64,000 nucleotides of DNA. Origin: Eledone cirrhosa (Eukaryota). Every line of letters begins with the position of its first letter. The stretch's first letter is position 1. Where the stretch lies: NCBI GenBank assembly GCA_964016885.1, contig OZ024743.1, positions 155,868,001 through 155,932,000 on the forward strand. The letters are read 5' to 3'. Made by a program: the position numbers and the translations under genes. This document shows, in pieces, positions 13,328-26,200 of this stretch. The notes beneath the pieces are model-generated. The model was not told the origin of the DNA and did no database searches. It saw only the letters and a list, made by a program, of their open reading frames with translations.

Positions 13328-13621
13328 TAAACGGAATAGAAAATGCTGACAAATTGTTCACAGTTGAAAAATGGTTTAATTAGGAATAAAAGAGTATTAG
13401 TGATTGTATGGGTTAGTATTCAGTTGTGGTTTTAAGTTTTTAAGTTTTTGCGCAACCGGTAAAAACTTAAAAACTTAAAACCACAACTGAATACTAACCC
13501 ATACAATCACTAATACTCTTTTATTCCTAATTAAACCATTTTTCAACTGTGAACAATTTGTCAGCATTTTCTATTCCGTTTACCAATATATAATAACTTG
13601 TGTGTTACACCTCTATTCTTT

Positions 13622-13625
<4 letters not shown>
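13319..13625. repeat. Perfect ~130-bp-arm palindrome in a TA tract, centred on GCGCAACCGGT, with a short tail
   Basis: Arms 13319-13449 and 13461-13592 are identical by eye. Confidence 0.95.
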
Positions 13626-13688
<63 letters not shown>

Positions 13689-13749
13689 ACGTACATACAT
13701 ATATGTATACAGATGTACAGTAGTATGTATATATATATACATACATGAC

Positions 13750-13836
<87 letters not shown>

Positions 13837-13959
13837 ACGTATGGGTTTACCGAACACTTATTATAATGTTCGGTTTGTTTGTAAACAAACAGCCCGTATT
13901 AAGCCGTACAGTGTTCGGCAACCATCGTTAACGTATTGTTCAACACTGACAAAGGAGCA

Positions 13960-13996
13960 TTGAACTAGTTTCAAGCTTATTAGCTATCATCAGCAT
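13960..13996 (-). ncRNA. Minimal type I hammerhead
   Basis: ATG-CTGATGA-T-AGCT-AATA-AGCT-T-GAAAC-TA-GTT-CAA, with palindromic ACTAGT stem III. Confidence 0.75.
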
Positions 13997-14572
13997 CGTA
14001 TACCTTCCTGTCACATGATTGAACGTTTGAAGGTATATACTTTCCTTATGCATATTAACGGCCGAGCAGCCTAATTTGCATATCGAGTGAGTTAGTCGGC
14101 CGGGCGTACCGAAAACGTTAAATGGAAAAGAATGAAATGAAATTTCATTTCTCACTCTTGGGACGGCTGATACTTAAATATAAGTATGTATACGTATATA
14201 CATATATGTATACAGACAAAATGGCAACCATCGTTGCCGAACACTGTACGTCTTAATTCGGGCTGTTTGTTTACAAACAAATCGAACATTATAATAAGTG
14301 TTCGGTAAACCCATACGTACATATACATATGTGTGGGCATGTATGTATATATATATACATACTATTGTACATCTGTATACATATATGTATGTATACATAC
14401 TTATATTTAAGTATCAGCCGTAGTACGAGTGAGAAATGAAATTTCATTTCATTATTTTCCATTTATCGGTGGACTAACTCACTCGATATGCAAATTAGGC
14501 TATTCAGCCGTTAATATGCATAAGGAAAGTATATACTTTCAAACGTTCAATCATCTGACAGGAAGTTATAAA

Positions 14573-14609
14573 ATGCTGACGATAGCTAATAAGCTTGAAA
14601 CTAATTCAT
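14573..14609 (+). ncRNA. Minimal type I hammerhead (stem III mutated)
   Basis: ATG-CTGACGA-TAGCTAATAAGCTT-GAAAC-TAATT-CAT. Confidence 0.65.
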
Positions 14610-14863
14610 CGATCGTTTGTCATTGTTGAACAAAATGGCCACGATGGTTGCCGAACATGTACGGCTTAATTCGGGCTGTTTGTTTACAAACAAACCGAAC
14701 ATTATAATAAGTGTCCGGTAAACCTATACGTACATATATATGTGAGCATATATGTATATGTATACATACTACTTTACGTCTGTATACATATAAATGTACG
14801 TATACATACTTATATTTGTATCAGCCTTACTAGTGAGAATGAAATTCCATTTCATTATTTTCC

Positions 14864-14894
<31 letters not shown>

Positions 14895-14896
<2 letters not shown>

Positions 14897-17400
14897 GTGT
14901 TATGCTTTGTGAGGGTCATGTTTCCAATAAGAAACACACGCACCAGTTGCTTTCACTCTGATTTATTATAAATTAAATTTATAAATTTAAGAATTTATAA
15001 ATTTCCGGTTGGTTGGTTCCATAACCGGACAGTTGTCGATATATTGTCAAATGTATTTCGTCACACATTATGTGACCTCTTTGGTGACTGATGATTCTTT
15101 CCTTGTTTTCTGCCTCTCCTTTGTTCCGTCCTACGCCATCTTGTTTGTGTGTGTGGTGTGTGCTTAGTTTGCGCATGTGTTACATCCGGGTGTCTGTGTG
15201 TGTTTTTATTTGTTTCTTTATTTTTTGTTTACATGTTACTGGTTGTTTGTTTGTTCTATGTGTGTGTGTGTTTTCATTTTGTCCTTAATTGTAAGTTGTG
15301 ATGTTGCTATTCCATTCATGTTTTCTATTTAATTTTGGTTGGAGTTCATTTATGTTTATTGCCTCTGTGATTTGTCTAAACATTGCGTCATTTCTGTGTG
15401 TAGATTCTATTTTTATTTCTATGTTCTCTAATTTGCCCTTATGTTCTATTTTTGCATGTTGGTCGATTATTGATGATTCTTTTTAATCTTGAAGTTCTCG
15501 CCAGTGTTCATTTAACCGTTCTCCTATACAGGAAGGTCTTTCAAAAGGGTATGCATTGCTATTAAGTGTTTTTATGGAGGTACCTGGTCTTTATACTATC
15601 TTAATATTAAGTTTATGTTTATCTAGGGCCCTTCTAAATTTGTAAGCTAATTCACCTCTAGGGGTTGTATTGATGAACATTACTCTCTCGTATGTATTGC
15701 TAACATAGCATGAGTTCATTCTGTTAACCTTATTCCTAGTTCTTTCTATTATATTCCAAAATTTGCTCCTATACAAGGGTCAGGTCCCATTTGTATCATT
15801 ATTTACCATTGTTTTCCCATTTGGTTCTGGCTCCTCTATTTACTCTGATTTTATCTCTCTGATTGTAACCAGAGAACTGCATACGGTGGATGAAGTGTTG
15901 TATGCATCTCTCCAGGTCTTTGGGGTTGCACATGCGGGACACTTTTCTCATCACCCGCATCAAATCCGCAATTAGTATGTTAATCTTTGTGTGATCCGAC
16001 ACAGCTGACTTTCGTAGATCAGATATTTGGAAGTCATGGGTTTGGCATACTGGGAATGGAGGATTTGTTTTTTATTATTAATGGTTTCTAACCAGAGGTA
16101 TGTGTCTAGTATAGGTAATCGATGGTTGGGGTGTTTGCTTGGGTAGTCTATAGTAACTCTAATACTCTGGTGGATGGAGTTAGCTAATTTCTGGATGCTT
16201 TCCATGGTGTTTTTCTCTAATTCCTGACTCTTCTCTAGTGGGGGTGTTTTTATTACGTTGTTTATATCATCAACGCAGCGGGAGTACATTATCAATGTTA
16301 ACAGGTTGCTGTCTTCTAATTGTTCTTTAAGTTTAAGTTTAAGTTTATTGTCCCAGCATACCATGAATAGGTTAGCCATGTCACCTGCAATGCTAACAAC
16401 CATGTCTGCTCCCTCCTCTTGGGCATATTTTTTTTCATTACATTTAAACATATGTTCCTTATGGGTTCGTTTTATACCGGCCCCCACCGCATGTGCAATC
16501 ATTTTCTTTAGTACATCGTAGTTTTCGAGGGTCCGTATGGCTCTGGTCCACCCGTTCCATCTATCTGTGTGGCTTTTCTTGACCATTGAGGTAATGGTAG
16601 CTGGTCTGCTTCTTGCTGGTCTTGTAGGGCACAGGTTGCTAAGGTCATATGTATCTAGATAATCATTATTATAGGTAAGTTTAAATATGAGTCCCAGCTT
16701 ACTGGTATCAATCCCACGGAATTCAACATTGCTCTCACTGATCATTTCTACGCATTTCTCCACAGTAAAATCCACGTCAAAGGATGGATGTAGGGACACA
16801 ACATCCATACTACCTATTATACAGTCTGTTAGGTCCATAGATCTGTTATTTTCTCTGTTTCTGCTGAGGAGGTCCTCCGTGCTGTCACATATATATGGGG
16901 ACATTTCAATGATGATGCGTAAGATCAGGGAGATGAAGTAAGGAAGTCTGTAGTTACTAGCAATGTTAACTCCACAGACTGGTCGTGTTGCTGGTCCTGT
17001 GACAGGGTCATTGCTCATCTTATGGTCTTTTCGAAGTCCATACAACGCTGGCACGTCATTGTTCCAGGCCTGGAACTAGTTGGCAGTCCTTTTATTGGGC
17101 TGCATTATGTTGTCCACTTCATCATATTGGTATTTAGGGTGTTCTCCCTATCCTCGTGCTCTTGTGGTGTTACTTCTCTTGTGTTAGTGATGTGGGGTTG
17201 CATTGCCTGGGTGTAGTTTGACAGACTGTCAACCGACATTCTGCCAGACTTGTCTGTTGGAAAGCATGCTATTTCTCCATTACGCGAGCGCTGCATGAGC
17301 TTACGCAAGCCATTTGCAGATTTTTCTCCCAGTTGCTGGGCCTCCATTCTGATTTGCTTTTGTTTGTTCATCGACCTGCGACGGCAATTGCGTGCGTTTG
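14895..17400 (-). mobile_element. PLE (Poseidon/Neptune-like) with RT, truncated GIY-YIG and pLTR; degenerate HHR ~15045-15090
   Basis: PTDKSGR, LYGLRKDHK, RPVCG, GSMDVVSLHPS, YSRCVDDIN, LPILDTYLW, ILIADLMRVMR. RT ORF 15972-17054. Confidence 0.9.
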
Positions 17401-17702
17401 TTAAAAGCTAAAATCGTGGGGTGGACTCGTCGTAGGTCGAAGGACATATCGGAAGGATTATAAAGGTAGAGTTCCAGGCTGCTGCTTTATGTGAACTATT
17501 GCTATTGTTATTGTTACTTGTGTTGTTTCTATTTCTATTTCCACCAACAGCCTCATGGTTGTTTCTATGTCTCTCCTTATTACACCTGTCTCTTTCCTCT
17601 GGCTCATTGTTATTATCTACTCTATTTTGTGTGTCTGTGTGTTTGTCCTGGTTATTTTCTCTGGCAGTATCGATAATCTCCCTTCTCCTTTCAATCCCAT
17701 TA

Positions 17703-17780
<78 letters not shown>

Positions 17781-17921
17781 ACATTCACTCCTCTCTTTAT
17801 ATCCTCACACATTCAATCTCTCTATCTCGCCCTACCAATTTCATAAAATCAGACAACGACATACACGCACACACATCAGCGTGTTGAAAAAAATCCAAAT
17901 CGCTTCATCTTTCTCTTTCAA

Positions 17922-17957
<36 letters not shown>

Positions 17958-18159
17958 GTATAGATATACCGGAAGTATTGATATTTGATTATTTTAAAAG
18001 AAGTGAATCTTGAAATATGCAATAATATGTTTTACGAAATTTAGTAGATATCTTATGTAATATTCATTCATTATTTATTCAAAGTATTCCAACCTATTGT
18101 AAAATAGTTTGGACAAACGGGATAAATAAACTATATTCTGGACTCAGTCCCGCACTCCC

Positions 18160-18332
18160 AAGGTAACTCTATCTCGTGTTATTATTATTTATATCCTTTA
18201 CGCTCTTTGCTACACTCTTCTATACAATACACATCTCAACCTACACTCACTTACATCTCTCTCTCCACCACCGGATCTTGTTACCCGGAGATTTACCCAT
18301 CTGCATTGAGGAAGGCTTCCAAAACGACCTAA
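18160..18332 (+). mobile_element. Solo pLTR tail of the 59073-61395 PLE family
   Basis: gtaactctatctcgtgttat...cggagatttacccatctg...cttccaaaacgacc matches 61240-61395. Confidence 0.75.
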
Positions 18333-18334
18333 AG

Positions 18335-18390
<56 letters not shown>

Positions 18391-19768
18391 GATTTCCTCC
18401 CCCAAACCTGGTAGCGTAAATAAATTCTCTGCATTTTTACGAGAATAACACGTAGCTTCCATGCGTGGAATTTTGCTTGTGCACACTCCAGGTGCGTGGT
18501 GCAGTAATGAAACCACGTAAAGCGTCGGAGATGAATGGGCCAACCAATTTCTCTTGCTAACATTAGTTGTCTGGAGATACTTTTCTGCAAGGAGAATATT
18601 ATAAAACGTTATATTTTCTTTGATTTGAAATATTTGCATTTACTAGAACATATATTTTCTCTGAATTTAAATTTTCGGATGCGAAACTGAGAAATACCAA
18701 ATGCTGCATGTACAAATTTAAGTTTGTATGCAACCGAAAATGCCATTAATGTCCTAGTAATAGCGAGAGGTCGATATGAAAGTGAGAATATTTCTAGTTG
18801 TTGAAGTGATCTATATGCTACCAACAGATTGATAAAAATATGTCTAATGAAGTTAAGGTTTTAGGTCAGATGTAATCTAATCAAGCAAATCTATGACCAA
18901 AGACATTTCAACTAAGACCATTGGCCCAGAGAAACAATTATTTTTAGCAGTTCGAAGATTACATTTCGATTCTCCCGCACGTTTCTTCTATTCTACTAGT
19001 TGGTGCATTGTGCGGAATCATATATATAGGAAAATAATTGTATCTTGGTATAATTACAGCTTTGCTTACTGAACAATTTCTCATATCTTACGAATTCTGT
19101 AAATATGACATATAGCTGTTAGATTATTATATATTGCAAGGCTTAGAAAGTTTGCAATTATGTAGGTTTAAATCAGGTTATCCACGAATAAATTGAATAT
19201 GGAAAACAAACGTACAATCGTCCACTTGAAATTGAAAGGTACGTAGGGTAATAAAGGCTGTACCAGGTATTACATTGAATTTTATTACATCTAGACTGTT
19301 ACAAACACGCGCGATTATGCAGCTGTTGGCAAGAGGAAATAACTTAAAATGTTATCAAATATGATTAACTGTTCCCATTTACTGTATGCATTTCATGTAA
19401 AGGTACTTGTAAAATAAGGAAATGAATGAGGATTGACTGGGCTTCTTATATATCGCCAGAATATGTTTTATTCTTCCGAATAATGCATAAGACATACTGG
19501 GAGAAACCACTAAGCTTTAGTGATATTTATCCTAGCTCAACCTATAGGTTGTGTATGAAGAATCCTTCAAACTCGTGTTTAGGTGTTTTCAAATAAATAA
19601 AATAAATAAAACTAACAAAAAAGAAAAATGTCAGAAAACTTCAATTGTTGAAATTATCAGTCGATATAGAACAAATCAAGTGATATATTGAAGATAAATC
19701 CAGCATGATGGAATTGAAGCAAATGGATATTAGAATTATGATGATAATGAGTTTTATAGACAAATAAT

Positions 19769-19941
19769 TGTTTCTACTTTTTGACACAAGTGCAGCAATT
19801 ATCGCAGTGTATTACTTGTACTTTATTTTATCGGGACCGTAAGGATGAAAGGAAAAGTTAACCTCGGCGGGATTTGAACTCAGTCCGTAAAGGGATGGCG
19901 TCCGACAAAGCATGGCGTAGATACTGCCAATCCACCGCCCC
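19769..19941 (-). mobile_element. tRNA-derived SINE
   Basis: A box TGGCAGTATC, B box GAGTTCAAATCC. TSD tttatagacaaataat at 19753-19768 and 19942-19957. Confidence 0.9.
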
Positions 19942-19959
19942 TTTATAGACAAATAATAT

Positions 19960-21960
19960 TGTATAGACACTTTCATATTTTCCAACAAAGACTTCAACAT
20001 AATGGCTTAGACATTCATGCCAACTATGTACTTCCTCAGCCAGACCCATCTATTATTGCCATACCAGAAATCAACAGGGTTCTCATGGCAGAAACTTATT
20101 TCAATACACACCAACAGCAAGCAAACATATATGAACTTCTGCCAACATTAAGTCCTGAGCAACTGTAAATGAAAATGAATGCGGACTTTTCTGCTTGAAT
20201 GTAAGTGCAGGCACAGGAAAGACCTATGTCATAAACATCCTATTGGATTACCTCCGATCTAAAAAAATAAATTGCACCTGCCATTGCCATATCTGGAATA
20301 ACAGCAACATTGCTTCACAAAAGTAGAACTCTTCATTCCAAGTGCAAGATTCCTCTCAATGTGACTGCTGAATCAACTTGCTTCTTCAGAAAGAGGAATG
20401 ACACAGGTAAACCTATGCAGCAAGCTGACCTGCTAATCATTGATGAGATAGGTATGGAGCATAAGCATATCTTCGAATGCCTTTACAGGCGCTTCAAAGA
20501 TGTTCCAGATTGCAAAAGGCCATTTGGTGGTCTAACTGTATTACTATCTGGTGACTGGAATCAAATTCTCCCAATTGTACGTCGTGGTTCTAGACCACAA
20601 ATAGTTGAGGCAACCATCAAGAGATCCTATCTCTGGGACTATGTGGAAACCATGGAGATGACAACCAATCAACGGTTAATTAATGCAGAGGATTCTGATG
20701 AAAGTCATATTGCAAACTACCTTCTTGATGTGGGAAATGGTAACATTCCAGCTGTTCCAACTGCAGGTGCATTCACAATTAATCTGCCAAATGAATTTTG
20801 TCTGGAATATCGTAATGTGTCTGGACTGTGTGATTTTGTGTATTCAAATATTCCAGGAAACTACACAAACACACTATGGCTTTCAAATAGGGCAATTATC
20901 ACTCCAACAAATGATGCATCAAGATTGGAAAATGAGTTCATGGTCAACAAGTTCCCTGGTCATGAAATAATCTACAGAAGCTCTGATACAGTTGATAATG
21001 GAATGCAATATCCAATTGAGTTCATCAACAAACTTACTCCATCAGGCTTCCCAACAGATATACTTCAACTGAAGAAAGGCAGTTGTATCATGCTTCTCAG
21101 AAATCTGGATCCTCTAAACGGGCATTGCAATGGTAAACGTGAGATCATCATCAGTTTACATAATCATGTAATTGAACCTGAGGTGGCATTGGGTCCCAAT
21201 TTTGGAACAAGTTTGCTCCTCCCAAGGTAACCACATGTATCTCAAGAGCTTGAGTTCCCTTTCACCGCTACTCGCAAGCAATTTCCTGTCAAACCAGTAT
21301 TTGCCCTTACATGCAACAAGGCACAAGGGCAGACATTTGAAAATATAGATGTATATCTACCAACACAATTCTTCTAACATGGTCTGATTTATGTTGTATT
21401 ATCACGAGTTACGAAGAAAAAAGAAAATATAAAAATATTAAATGAAAGGGGTCTGTTTGCTGACAACTGTGTCTACAATAAAATTCTACAGTGATGTGAA
21501 ACAGCTATCACTCTCTTTTAGTTGAAATGCATTTCAGTTTCTTTTTAACTGCTAGAAAACGGAACTACAAAAACTTAAGAAGTCCATATGTGAATACAAT
21601 AAAACAGCAATATAGCGAAGGTCAACTCTTCATATTGGTAAATGTAATTCATTCATTCATACCAGCAGCATCTATTTTCAAATTCACTGCTTGAAGCTTC
21701 CCATCGACATTCTCAAATGAAGAGTCATGAACAATTTCCGTCAACCGTTTCATCGCTTTTCCATCTCCATTATCGCTTCTTTATAAATGTATCATGGATT
21801 ACATTACTGATTACAGAAGTAAGTATAACACAATCTTTGTTCACTTTATGTGCATATTGTCAATTTACATATCATATTTATGTGCATATATATTTGCGAT
21901 AATCAACATGCACACTGTATATACAACCAGAAAACGGTACGATGGCGGTTCTTCTGCTAG
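19960..21960 (+). mobile_element. Helitron PIF1-like helicase half, pseudogenised; candidate 3' end CTAG|T at 21960
   Basis: AGTGKTY, RTLHSKCKIP, LLIIDEIGM, FGGLTVLLSGDWNQILPIV, IMLLRNLDPLNGHCNG, RKQFPVKP, TCNKAQGQTF. The 3' end call is tentative. Confidence 0.92.
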
Positions 21961-21989
21961 TATATATAATTAAGGACAACTCAAGGAAT

Positions 21990-22595
21990 ATGTAAATAAG
22001 GACAACAAATGGTTCAGTACTATATGAACACGCCAGAGAAACATATGATGATAATATAGCCAACATAGAAATTAAAATCATATCTAAGCATAGAAATGAC
22101 TCAACATGTAGGTAAATCAGAGAACCAAATTACATAGAACTAAGAAGACCGAAGTTGAACAGAAAAAAGGAATGAAATAAAAACACAACTACTATACACA
22201 CACACTGGTGAACAAAGATAGAATACACAAACAAAAACACATAGACTCGAACGTGAACGGCCACACCAGATATTAGACAACCACGCAAACGCATGGGCAG
22301 AGACAGAGACAAGACGAAATAAATAAATAAAATAAATACATTTGGCGTAGACTTTACAATACAATGGGAGGAAACATAATAGTACCACTGATGATGTGTG
22401 ACGAAAGATATGTATTTATATCTGCATTTTTAACCGTTCGTAAATCAATGATAATCATTGATTGCCAGATAAAGTAAATATGGAGATATAAAATATGCAG
22501 AAACGAAAACCAGCCCAAACCAAACAGTAGGTGTGCTCTGTTATTATTTCTGGCAATATCATAACAATATGACCCTCCTAAAGTATGACAATATA
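21990..22595 (+). mobile_element. Old PLE 3' tail related to the 14895 and 61528 elements
   Basis: Resembles the reverse complement of 15100-15480. Contains ctgatga-tgtgtgac-gaaa (HHR with stem II deletion) and the atgaccctcctaaagtatgacaatat terminus. Confidence 0.65.
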
Positions 22596-22697
22596 TATAA
22601 TTACATAATAAACAACGCAATATAATTATTCCATTGACAAAGGTTTCAAAAATATAGACGATGTTTACAGAAACGTTCAGCCCATCCGTCAGATAAC

Positions 22698-22797
<100 letters not shown>

Positions 22798-22811
22798 TGT
22801 GAATGTGTGAA

Positions 22812-22842
<31 letters not shown>

Positions 22843-22956
22843 ATGTATATATATATATATATGTATGTATGTATATATATATATGTATGTATGTATATAT
22901 ATAATGCTCAGAAGTATTTTCTTAGAGCTTAATAATTATAATTGACTATTAAATTG

Positions 22957-23026
<70 letters not shown>

Positions 23027-23028
<2 letters not shown>

Positions 23029-23171
23029 CGAAGGAAATGTGGTAAGGAACCAGGTGGACCATAACGCACCAAAGTACTCAATACTTGAGGTAGTAGAGTG
23101 GGTAATAGGAACCAGTAAGACCCCGACAGCTGAGCTCAAGCAGTTTCGACGGCTAATTCTGGACTTAGGTT

Positions 23172-23174
<3 letters not shown>
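23027..23174 (-). mobile_element. Short fold-back element carrying a hammerhead 3' half (second arm deleted)
   Basis: Matches 35557-35744 and 58848-59049. Flanked by TA tracts. Confidence 0.8.
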
Positions 23175-23216
<42 letters not shown>

Positions 23217-26200
23217 AATAGCAGATTAAAGTTTAAGCAAAGAATCGCTGCTTTCACCCTTAACGGGATCTTCTGAAACTAAAAAAGTCGATCTGTGAAC
23301 GCAGAAGTAAATATTTCAAAAAAGGTTGCAATCTAAGGAGGACAGGAAGACTATACTTTGGTTCGTGAAAACGTTCCCTGGCAAAGAACGGAAAACAATG
23401 AAGATAATACGTCATTATTTGGTGCAGTGAAAACAATTACACACGATGACAAAACCACATTTATGGTATAAATTAAATCATAGACTTATATTCTATTAGC
23501 TGGTTCGTGGAGACCTTATCTGGCAATGAAAGGAAACAACGAAGATAATACGTCATTAGGTGTTACAATGAGAACATTACACGCAAAGACAAAACCATGT
23601 AAATGATATAACTGAAGTTGTAGACTAAAATTCTATTTAGGAAACAGAATGATTCTCGGCTTCATAGTTAAGAATAAAGTAAATAAAATACAGAGGTAAT
23701 TGAAATTAAATATATACATACAAACATCCATATACGTATATACACAAGCATACGTGAAAACACTACCCATGGGAATGCAAATACAAGCACGTACTAAACA
23801 AAAAACACACACACACACGCACATACAGAACCCACGCAACGCCTGTACCGCACACCAACGAATGTATACACGAAATACACATAAAAATAAATAAATAGAA
23901 ACACATATATATATACACATCTGTGTGCGTGTGTGTATGCGTGTATACATAATTAAATAAACGTATATAAATATACATACATAAATACGTATACAACGCG
24001 CGCGCACACACAACCACATGTAAATACACATATGGTCGCGGACGTACGTCAATCAAGTCACAAAGTACACATATGCACACACCTTACACACGTACGTATC
24101 CCCATACTCACACAGACGCAAAACACACGTATACACATGTCCAAATGCACATGCACCACTATATATAATATATACGACAATAACATATACAAGCAAATAT
24201 ACGTACGAGAGAATATACGTACCTTCACAAAACATACAGGTATTATATACATACCTATAGGAATAAGTAATGGTATTAATATAACATATACTTAGCTACC
24301 ACATCAAGATGTAAAATGTCCGCGTATAGTTCGTACTATCCATTACGGTATAATGTGGGGCTGTAATACAGGAATGTTTTGTGCAATTTAAGTTTAGTAG
24401 CCGAAACTGCCTCAGATTTTTTGTTTAAGATCTTGTCTTTGGCGTAAAATGTTTCCAGGGCCTCAGCGGCGCAGAGGTCACCTGGTCTTTTATTTCCATT
24501 ATATGATCTAGCCCTAGCTAGGATCTCCCAGTGTAACTTATATTGGTTGTGGTTGTCATTTAGACTCCAGATATAAGTTGAAAGTGACGTCATATTCCTT
24601 CTTAAAGGGTTAAGAAAAGAATGGGTATGCATGTAAAGATGCTGCTTGAATCTATTGGCGGTTAACCCTATGTAGGAACTACGGGACGTGGGTATTTCAA
24701 CCTTACATTTGTAGACAATGTTACTAGAGAGGCATTTCCCGGATAGGGGGCAGTCAACCGGATTCCTACAATTACAGTTAGTACTAGCTACAGGGTTGCA
24801 CGTGTTCTTACGGCTAGATAGTTTAGCTAAATTTGAAGCTGTGATGTTATGTACAAGGTTAGGATACGTAGAGTAAGACATGTTAATGGTATTTATATTA
24901 AAGATGTTACTATATTCATGTGCTGGGGGGAAATGCTTCATAATAAGGGAGATAAATATATTAGCTAAAGGTGTGTCCACCTCCATATAAGATGGTGGGT
25001 TATACCATATAATGCATCGGGATCTATTTTTCCTGGGTCTATTCTGGTACTCTGTATAAACTAGCTTATCAACTAATCGAGACCGAGCAGAGCTTCATTG
25101 TAATATGTGGAATGATCGTTGAAATTATGCTCGTTTGTAGATAGACGGGAAAGTCTCAAAGAAACGTTTCTTACCAGGTTCTTGGTTATGCTGGCAGGAT
25201 GGTTAGAATGCTTACTTATGTAATTAAGCGTATAATTCTTCTTTCTATACGAGTAATGCAAGCCATTCGACATATAGAGGGTAACGTCGTGGTAATTAAC
25301 GACCAAGAGGTTGGCCTCAACCTGTATGGAGAGATTGAAGCATTTTATTAAGGTTGTGAGTACTTTTCTGAACCTGTCGCAAGCACGTGGGCCGCAATTA
25401 GTCACGGTCAAAAGACCGTCATCACGGTACAAACCAAAACAACATCTGCATATTTCTACAAAGAACATAGCCTTATCAAGCAGGAAAACATACCTAAAAC
25501 TCCTGATACAGAAAACAGACGCGTTCATTAAAAGGTTCCGTTGGCGTGCCTTTTATTTAGATAATCAGAGAAAAGCAGACAACAAACAGGATACATTTGG
25601 GTTTAAAACCTATAATAATCTCCCGAGTAACACAGCACTGCTACCATTCGAAAATGATATCTTGGAACTCATACGGAGTATCAAATTTCGGAATAAGAGC
25701 AATTCCTTCCAGCAGGACCTGAAGAATAGTATTCGTTCTATTAAGGATTCTAATGCCGTGTACGTCCATTCAGACAAAACTGGCAATCTATACAAGTGGA
25801 GCGCAGTACTTGCCATCAACTGCTACATAATGCTGTAACTAAGGATTACCGTAAAACTAATCGCAGCGTCATTAATGAAATCAACGATGCTGGGTTTAAT
25901 ATCACCTCTAATCTCAACATCCTGGACCGGACCGAACCTCTGGACACTAATTCTCCCCACTTAACCCTGAAGGATCACAAGTCCAATTTCCCGAACAACC
26001 CCTCTATTATTAACCCTACGAAGTCCGATCTAGGTAGACTTAGTAAAAGGATTTTAGATAGGATTATACCTGAAAATAGAAGTTTGGCCCCTTTGCACTG
26101 TGTAACAATTCTTTCGCGGTGATTGATTGGGTCAACGGCATATGCAACAAGGAACATTGCCTTTTTATCGAATTCGACATCAATCAATAATTACTACTCG

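Larger units (their letters stand above)
13680..14865. mobile_element. ORF-less ~410-bp hammerhead-bearing repeat: one minus copy plus head-to-tail plus copies
   Basis: Unit junction gtatcagcc...gtgagaa(a)tgaaatt occurs at ~14411 and ~14818. Inverted copy at 13680-14210. Related copy at 28720-29000. Confidence 0.8.

Noticed and set aside
20310-21230. Cellular PIF1 helicase gene
   Set aside because: It is intronless, flanked by stops and frameshifts, and continuous with the Helitron Rep half.
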